DNA of 64,000 bases from the NCBI GenBank assembly GCA_947501605.1, contig CANMWZ010000008.1:61255-125254 (forward strand), read 5' to 3'. Source of the DNA: Planctomycetota bacterium (GTDB lineage Bacteria > Planctomycetota > UBA1135 > UBA2386). The notes below the pieces were generated by a model. It was given only the letters and a program-made list of their open reading frames with translations. It was not told where the DNA came from and did not search any database. The first letter of the stretch is position 1; each line of letters begins with the position of its first letter. Position numbers and translations under genes: made by a program. Below are positions 57,562 to 64,000 of this stretch, one piece after another.

Positions 57562-59271
57562 ATGTTCTGTGCGCATGGCCTCCCTCTCGCCTGCTTCCTC
57601 ACGCTCACCGCAGTCGCGCGGTCGCAGGCCGGGACGACAGCAGACCCTGCCGCGTTCGTCACCGCCTACTTCGCCGATTTGCAGGATCTACACCGCCGCT
57701 ACGACATCCCGTTATCGCGCGAGTCGAGCGCCCGAGAACGCAGCTACCTCGAGGGCCGCCAGCGGGAGTTCGGCTCGAAGCCCGTGACCGGCCTCGCCCG
57801 CGATGCCGAGATCGACCTGTGGCTGTTGCGCGCCGATGTCGCGCATCGCTTGGCAAAAATCGACCGCGCAGAGGCTCTGCGCGCGCAGCTCGCGCCGCTC
57901 CTTGCGCACACCGGGCCCTTGGTCTTGGCGTGCGAAGCGCATCGCCGCATGGAACCCGCAAAGGCAGAGGCGGCGGCAGCAATGCTTGATGCTGCCGTCA
58001 AGGCGATTGGCGCGGCACAGCACAACCTCGAAGCCGCCGCGTTCGATGGCTTCACGCCGCCCTTGGCGCAGACTGCGATCGAGGATCTAGAAGCGCTGCA
58101 CCGTTCGCTCGCGACCTGGCACGAGTTCCGCGCCGGCTATGACCCGATCTTCTCGTGGTGGACCAGCACACCCTGGCAGCGCTACGTAGAGGCTCAGTCG
58201 CACTACTGCGCGGCGATCCGCACGCGACTGATCGACGGTGCGGCAGGCGACGCCTCCCTGGTCGGCGATCCGCTCGGCGAAACCGCGTTGCTTGCCGACT
58301 TGCGCCACGAGTTGATCCCCTATTCGCCGGCAGAGCTGATCGCTATCGCCGAGCGCGAGTTCGTGTTCTGCGAGCGCGAGGCAACGAAGGCGAGTGAAGC
58401 GCTCGGCTTCCGCGGCGATTGGGGCAAGGCACTCGCACATGTGAAGCGGCAGCACCGCGACCCTGGCGCGCAACCCGAGCTGATCCGCGAACTCGCCCGC
58501 GAAGCGATTGCGTTCCTCGACGCGCGCGACCTGGTGACGATTCCGGATCTGGCGCGCGAGTGCTGGCGCATGTCGATGATGTCGCCTGCGGCGCAGCTCG
58601 TGAACCCGTTCTTTCTCGGCGGCGAGACCATTCAGGTCTCGTTTCCGACCAACACGATGGAGCACGACCAGAAGCTGCAGAGTTTGCGCAGCAACAACGA
58701 GCACTTCTGCCGGGCAACCGTGCATCACGAGCTGATCCCCGGGCACTGGCTCCAGCACTACATGCAGGCGCGCCATCGCACCTACCGCGCCCCGTTCGAA
58801 ACGCCGTTCTGGATCGAAGGTTGGGCCCTCTACTGGGAGATGCGGCTCTACGACCTGGGTTTCGCCAAGTCGGAGGAGGACCGCATCGGCATGCTCTATT
58901 GGCGCAAGCACCGCTGCGCGCGCATCGTGTTCTCCCTCAACTACCACCTCGGACTCTGGACCGCAGAGCAGTGCGTGGACTACCTCATCGAACGCGTCGG
59001 CCATGAACGCGCCGCCGCCGTGGCCGAGGTCCGGCGCTCGGTCCAAGGCGGTTACTCGCCGCTCTACCAGGCCGCCTACATGCTGGGCGGCTTGCAACTG
59101 CGCGCGCTGCACCACGAACTCGTCGGCTCTGGCACCATGAGCGAACGGGCCTTCCACGACGCCGTGCTGCAGCAGAATGCGATTCCGATTGCACTGGTCC
59201 GCGCCGCCCTCCAACCGGGCGCTCCAACCGCGGCATCGATCACGGCCTGGCGATTCGCCGACGCGAAGTAG
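57562..59271 (+). CDS. DUF885 family secreted metallopeptidase-like protein
   Basis: Signal peptide; HHELIPGHWLQ, EGWALYWE, QAAYMLG, FHDAVL. Confidence 0.88.
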   Translation: MFCAHGLPLACFLTLTAVARSQAGTTADPAAFVTAYFADLQDLHRRYDIPLSRESSARERSYLEGRQREFGSKPVTGLARDAEIDLWLLRADVAHRLAKIDRAEALRAQLAPLLAHTGPLVLACEAHRRMEPAKAEAAAAMLDAAVKAIGAAQHNLEAAAFDGFTPPLAQTAIEDLEALHRSLATWHEFRAGYDPIFSWWTSTPWQRYVEAQSHYCAAIRTRLIDGAAGDASLVGDPLGETALLADLRHELIPYSPAELIAIAEREFVFCEREATKASEALGFRGDWGKALAHVKRQHRDPGAQPELIRELAREAIAFLDARDLVTIPDLARECWRMSMMSPAAQLVNPFFLGGETIQVSFPTNTMEHDQKLQSLRSNNEHFCRATVHHELIPGHWLQHYMQARHRTYRAPFETPFWIEGWALYWEMRLYDLGFAKSEEDRIGMLYWRKHRCARIVFSLNYHLGLWTAEQCVDYLIERVGHERAAAVAEVRRSVQGGYSPLYQAAYMLGGLQLRALHHELVGSGTMSERAFHDAVLQQNAIPIALVRAALQPGAPTAASITAWRFADAK

Positions 59272-59307
59272 CGGCACGGGTCGCTGAGCGGCATCGTCCT
59301 CGCCCCC

Positions 59308-60561
59308 ATGATCTCGGCGCTGCGTAGGTTCTTGCGGTCCACATACGGCGGCCTACCGGCCGTGACGTGGTTGATCTGCATCGCCGCGTTCGTCAATCGC
59401 GCCGGCTCGATGGTGCTGCCATTCTTGAGTCTCTATCTGCTGCGGCGGTTTGGGCTCGACGTCGAGAAAGCGGGCTTCCTGGTGTCGCTCTACGGCGTCG
59501 GCTCGGTGCTCGGCAACCTCATCGGCGGCAAGTTGACGGACGTGCTCGGCCCCGTTCGCGTGCAGCTGGTCACGCTGTCGGCTGCGGCCCTGTGGATGTG
59601 GACCATGACGCAGTTCACCGAACTCTGGATGCTCGGCCCGGGCATCTTTGTGCTCGGTCTGCTCAACGACTCGTTTCGCCCAGGCAACATGGCGGCGATC
59701 CTCGCCAGCGTCCCGCCGAGTCTCGGGCCTTTGGCACTGACCCTGAACCGCGTGTTCGTCAATGCCGGCTGGGCGATTGGTCCCACCATCGGCGGCCACC
59801 TCGCCAAGGTGGATTATCAATGGCTGTTCGTCGCCGACGGCGCCACCTGCGCGCTGGCGATGTTGGTGCTGTGGTGGAAAGTGCCGACCGACCTAGGTGA
59901 CGTGCAGCGCAAGGAGCACAGACAGAGCGTCGTTGCAGCCAGCGACGAAGGGCGGACTCTGGCCAGCGATCGGTCCCCGTGGCGCGATGGCAAGTTCCTG
60001 TTCTTGCTCGCGGCCAACGTGGTCACGTTGCTGGCCTTCATGCAGTACTTCAGCACCGAATCGCGTCACCTAGAAGCCACCTTCGCATGCGACGAGGAGG
60101 ACATCGGCAACCTGCTGGCGATCAACCCCCTGCTGATCGTGCTGGTGGAGATGCCGCTGCTGCGTTCCCTGCGCGGCCGGGCGCCACTGCCCTTCGTGGC
60201 GCTCGGCACCCTGTTGATCGGCTGTTCCTTCCCACTGCTGGTGCCAACCGCGTGGGGCATGTCCGGAGTCATCGCCCAGATGGTGCTGTTGACGATCGGC
60301 GAGATGTTCTCGTTCTCACCTCTTGGCGGCTTCATCAGCGACCGCGCGGCGTCGGGGCGCCGCGGCCAATACCTCGGCCTGCACGGCGCCGCGTTCTCGT
60401 TTGCGTTCGTGCTGGCGCCGACGCTTGGCGGCATGGTCTACAAGCACTTGGGCGCTGACATGCTGTGGTATGGCTGCTTCTGCCTCGCGACGTTGGCAAC
60501 TCTCGGCTACCTCGCGCTGCATCGCGTCTACCGGCGCGCCGACCTGTTGGCGCGTGAGTGA
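59308..60561 (+). CDS. MFS transporter
   Basis: About 12 hydrophobic segments; GGKLTDVLG motif A; RRGQYLG. Confidence 0.9.
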   Translation: MISALRRFLRSTYGGLPAVTWLICIAAFVNRAGSMVLPFLSLYLLRRFGLDVEKAGFLVSLYGVGSVLGNLIGGKLTDVLGPVRVQLVTLSAAALWMWTMTQFTELWMLGPGIFVLGLLNDSFRPGNMAAILASVPPSLGPLALTLNRVFVNAGWAIGPTIGGHLAKVDYQWLFVADGATCALAMLVLWWKVPTDLGDVQRKEHRQSVVAASDEGRTLASDRSPWRDGKFLFLLAANVVTLLAFMQYFSTESRHLEATFACDEEDIGNLLAINPLLIVLVEMPLLRSLRGRAPLPFVALGTLLIGCSFPLLVPTAWGMSGVIAQMVLLTIGEMFSFSPLGGFISDRAASGRRGQYLGLHGAAFSFAFVLAPTLGGMVYKHLGADMLWYGCFCLATLATLGYLALHRVYRRADLLARE

Positions 60562-60579
60562 GCCCGTCGAGCGCGGGAC

Positions 60580-61389
60580 TCACTTCCAGACGTCGGCGAA
60601 CAAGGCCTGCATCGACGCCCACGACTTGCGGTCCGCGGCCTCGTCGTAGGCCAGCGGCAGGTTGAACTTCTTGCCGTTCGCGGTTGCGTCCGGGCTCGTG
60701 AACCCGTGCACCGCACCGGGGTAGGACTCAAAGCGCCACGTGGCCCCTGCAGCGTCCATTTCGGCCTCGAACGCCGCGATCTCGGCTGTCGACACGAACG
60801 AATCCGCGGCACCGTTGCAGACCAGCAGACGCGCCTTGATCGCCCCCTTCGCAGCCGGCGTCTTGGTCGCGAGGCTGCCGTGGAAGCTGACGACGGCATC
60901 GAGATCCATGCCCGCGCGCGCCATGCCGAGCACCACGGCACCGCCAAAGCAGTAACCGATCGCAGCGACGCGGTCGCGGTCGACGGTTTCGTGGTCTTGC
61001 AGCACGTTCTTCGCCGCGGTGAAGCGCTCGGTGCCCACCTGCATGTTGGCCAGCACCTCGTTCATGAACTTGGCCGCATCCTGCGGATGCGATGCGCTCT
61101 TGCCGTCGCCATACATGTCGAGCGCCAGCGCGGTGTAGCCGAGTTCGGCCAGCATGCGGGCGCGGCGGCGGACGTAGTCGTTGTGGCCCCACCCTTCGTG
61201 CACGACCAGCACCCCGGGCCGCTTGCCGGTGAGTTTGGCATCCCAGGCCAGAAAGCCGGTGCAGGTGGCGCCACCGGCGATGTAGGTCACCTGCTCGGTG
61301 CGGATGTCGTGCTCGGACGCCGGCGCAGCGGCGCAGCTACCGAGACAAAGGCCGAGGAACAGGGAGAAGACGACAAGGGTCAGGTGCAT
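60580..61389 (-). CDS. Dienelactone hydrolase family protein (probable lipoprotein)
   Basis: VLVVHE, GYCFGG nucleophile, FHG, GAAD, HGFT. Confidence 0.92.
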   Translation of the reverse strand: MHLTLVVFSLFLGLCLGSCAAAPASEHDIRTEQVTYIAGGATCTGFLAWDAKLTGKRPGVLVVHEGWGHNDYVRRRARMLAELGYTALALDMYGDGKSASHPQDAAKFMNEVLANMQVGTERFTAAKNVLQDHETVDRDRVAAIGYCFGGAVVLGMARAGMDLDAVVSFHGSLATKTPAAKGAIKARLLVCNGAADSFVSTAEIAAFEAEMDAAGATWRFESYPGAVHGFTSPDATANGKKFNLPLAYDEAADRKSWASMQALFADVWK

Positions 61390-61471
61390 GAGTCGGAAGT
61401 CGGCGGCCGGACGGGCCGCATCGCCAATCGTTCATCATGAAGGCAGAAGCGCCCCGTGCAAGTCTGCGCGC

Positions 61472-64000
61472 TCACGCGCCTTTGGACCTCGTCACTGCGA
61501 TCACGCGCAACCCGGTGCCGCCAAGGCGCTCCTCGACCACGCCGCGCACGACATACGGCCCGCGACCATCGAAGGTCGCACCACACTGCGCGTAGACCTT
61601 GGGGAACATCGTTGCTTCGACCAGGCCGCTACCGTCTTCGATGGTCGCAAAGGCCATCGACTCGCCGTGCTCCGTGCGATGCGCGCGCCACGCGACCAGC
61701 CAACCGCGAATGCAGATCGTGTCGCCGACGCACTCGTCGACGCGGCCACACGGCACAAGGTCCTGGCGCAACCCATCGCGGTCCTGCCACAACACGTCGA
61801 CCGGATGCGCCATCAACGCGTAGCCGAGCAGGGCGAGTTCGTGCCGCGTCCGCTCGGCAACATCAAACTCGGGCAGCGACGGGTAGGCCACGGGCGCTGC
61901 GGCAAGGACATCGGGCCACAGCGCCCCGCTGCGGCGCGCAACGGTGGCATCGCCGCCTTCGTGTGTCGCCAGCAACTCGGCCCGCGCGCGCGGACTCGCC
62001 GCCACCTGCAATCGCCACAAGAGTTCGCGGCGCGGCAAGCCGAACACGTCGCAGGCGCCGACGCGGATCAGGTTCTCGGCCTCGTCGCGCTGCGGCTCGA
62101 CGCGCCGAAGGAAGTCGTCGAAGGATCGGAACGGCCCACCGGCGCGCCGCGCCGCCGCGATCTGCTGGCGCGTGCCCTGCGTCATCCCGCGCACCTGCGA
62201 CCAGCCGACGCGAATCGTGTCGGCAAAGACCAAGGCAAAGCGATCGTCACCGTGCTGCACGCACGGCGGCAGCATCCGGCCACCAAGCCGTTTGCACTCC
62301 TCGACGTAGACACCGGTGTCGAAGTAGCCGGCCTCGTTGTCGAGCACCGCGCACAGGAACGCGACCGGCCAGTGCGCCTTCAGGTAGACGCAGCGATAGG
62401 CGAGCCGGCCGTAGGTCACGGCGTGCGCCTTGCAGAACGAGTAGGCCGAGAACCGCGCCATCTCGGCCCAGATGCGTTCGACGGCCGCGCGCGGCAGGCC
62501 GCGCCGCAGACCGGCGACGACGAAGCTCTCGAGTTCGCTGCCGCTGCCGCCGCCCTTGCTGCACAACCGCCGCCGCAGCATGTCGCCTTGCTCGGCATCG
62601 AGACCCGCGACCGCCATCGCCGCGCGGATCACGTCCTCTTGGTAGAGCATGACGCCTAGCGTGTCGGCGAAGACCTCGGCGAGCAGCGGATGCGCGGCGG
62701 TGACCGCTTCTTCGCCGCGCGCGCGCCGCAAGAATGCGTCCTTCATGCCGGCGGCCGCAGGCCCCGGGCGCACCAGCGCGATCGCTTGGATCACGCGATC
62801 CATGTCGGGCGCCTGCAGCTGCCGCAGCAGCGTGCGCATCGCCGGCGACTCGACCTGGAAGCATCCGAGCGTGCGCCCTTGCTGCAGCAGCGCCACGGTC
62901 TTGGCGTCGTTCTCGGCGACGCCAACGGCACTCGGCACCGCGATGCCGAGCTGCGCGAGCGAACGTTCGCAGTCGGCGACGATGGTCAACGCGCGGTTGC
63001 CGAGCAGGTCGATCTTGACCAGCCCGAGCGCCTCGACGAAGCGCTTGTCGTACTGCGTGACGACGACGCCCTTCGGCGCGCGTTCGAGTGGCGCGTAGCG
63101 AGCGACCGGTCCTGGCGTCACGACGATGCCACCCGGGTGCACTCCGAGATGGCGCGGTGCGTGCAACAGGCTCTCGGCGGCGGCGACGATCTGACGTTCG
63201 CGTTCGGGCGGCAGCACGCGCTCGCGGTAGAAGCCCTTGCTGTCGGCGACCATCGCCGCCATCGACGTCTCCGGCCGCGCGTGCCACGGCAACAGCTTGC
63301 TGCGGCGCGCGGCTTCGGCGGGCGCAACCCCCATGGCCTTCGCCGCCTCGCCGTAGGCCGCGCGCGGACCGCAGGTGTTGTAGGTCGCGATCATCGCCAC
63401 CCGCTCCTGGCCGAAGTGCGCGAACACCGCCGCGAGCAGTTCGTCGCGACGGCGCCAACAGAAGTCGAGATCGATGTCGGGAAGGTCGCGCCGACCCGGA
63501 TTGAGGAAGCGTTCGAACAACAGGCCGTAGCGCAGCGGATCGGCCTCGGTCAGACCGAGCGCGTAGGCGACGAGGCTGTCGGCCGCCGAACCGCGCCCAA
63601 GGCACGGGATGCCGCGTTCGGCCGCCAGTTCGGCGATCTCGTGCACGACCAGGAAGTAGGGCGCAAACCCCATCTGCTCGATGACCAGGAGCTCGCGCGC
63701 GAGTCGCGCATGCGCCGCCGAAGTGGCGTCCTCGTCGGCGCTCCGCCCGGCCAATCGCTGCTGCAGCCCGGCCGTCGCCAACGCCCGCAAGTACGCGATC
63801 TCCGACCCGCTGCCGTGGACGCGATAGGTCTCGGGCACCTGATAGCTCGGAAAGATCGGCGCCGCCAACGCCGGGAACGACAGCGTGCACGACGCCAGCA
63901 CGCGCTCGGCCACGGCGATCGCCGCCGGCAGATCGTCGTGGCCGCTGCCGGCCGCACCGCGCGGCGGCACGTGCATCCACGGCCTCGCGGTGCACAGGCC
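61472..64000 (-). CDS. dnaE2: DNA polymerase III alpha paralog (DnaE2-like, probably error-prone), 5'-truncated by window edge
   Basis: GRGSAADS, FERFL, PDIDLDF, HPGG, KIDLLG, FQVESP, FCKAHA, C-terminal OB fold; frame stays open to position 64000. Confidence 0.8.
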   Translation of the reverse strand, partial: GLCTARPWMHVPPRGAAGSGHDDLPAAIAVAERVLASCTLSFPALAAPIFPSYQVPETYRVHGSGSEIAYLRALATAGLQQRLAGRSADEDATSAAHARLARELLVIEQMGFAPYFLVVHEIAELAAERGIPCLGRGSAADSLVAYALGLTEADPLRYGLLFERFLNPGRRDLPDIDLDFCWRRRDELLAAVFAHFGQERVAMIATYNTCGPRAAYGEAAKAMGVAPAEAARRSKLLPWHARPETSMAAMVADSKGFYRERVLPPERERQIVAAAESLLHAPRHLGVHPGGIVVTPGPVARYAPLERAPKGVVVTQYDKRFVEALGLVKIDLLGNRALTIVADCERSLAQLGIAVPSAVGVAENDAKTVALLQQGRTLGCFQVESPAMRTLLRQLQAPDMDRVIQAIALVRPGPAAAGMKDAFLRRARGEEAVTAAHPLLAEVFADTLGVMLYQEDVIRAAMAVAGLDAEQGDMLRRRLCSKGGGSGSELESFVVAGLRRGLPRAAVERIWAEMARFSAYSFCKAHAVTYGRLAYRCVYLKAHWPVAFLCAVLDNEAGYFDTGVYVEECKRLGGRMLPPCVQHGDDRFALVFADTIRVGWSQVRGMTQGTRQQIAAARRAGGPFRSFDDFLRRVEPQRDEAENLIRVGACDVFGLPRRELLWRLQVAASPRARAELLATHEGGDATVARRSGALWPDVLAAAPVAYPSLPEFDVAERTRHELALLGYALMAHPVDVLWQDRDGLRQDLVPCGRVDECVGDTICIRGWLVAWRAHRTEHGESMAFATIEDGSGLVEATMFPKVYAQCGATFDGRGPYVVRGVVEERLGGTGLRVIAVTRSKGA

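Noticed and set aside
62247..63995. 582-aa minus-strand ORF in an alternative frame
   Set aside because: Overlaps the motif-bearing DnaE frame; Arg-rich off-frame translation

Overview
This is a GC-rich, gene-dense bacterial chromosomal segment. A Planctomycetota-like origin is inferred from the ECF sigma/Ser-Thr kinase pair, the prepilin-type protein, the HEAT-like 'LTG..W..WW' proteins and the many lipoproteins; it is not proven. Housekeeping and metabolic genes dominate. From left to right: a dTDP-rhamnose/polysaccharide export cluster (wza-like partial, rfbB, rfbD, rfbA, epimerase); two tandem zinc-ribbon membrane proteins; ggt, a NIL protein and tRNA-Cys; yidC, miaA, rsmG, hisS, nadD, a WecA-like transferase and sucCD; a 1183-aa prepilin-type protein; dcd; an ECF sigma + kinase pair divergent from a secreted metacaspase; a patatin-[4Fe-4S] fusion divergent from a CoA ligase-fadI-fadJ operon; a split RdgC-like pair; propionyl-CoA carboxylase/epimerase genes interrupted by a 5-gene block; arginase; a DUF62 SAM enzyme; and a partial DnaE2-like polymerase. 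I saw no CRISPR array, rRNA, integrase or transposase. The best candidates for undescribed biology are (1) the metacaspase-kinase-ECF module, which has a shared Arg-Gly motif, (2) the patatin-ferredoxin fusion and its lipid locus, (3) a degenerate nucleotidyl-cyclase-like orphan and (4) a DUF62 enzyme lacking the usual catalytic His. All calls come from motif recognition by eye; no database searches were run.
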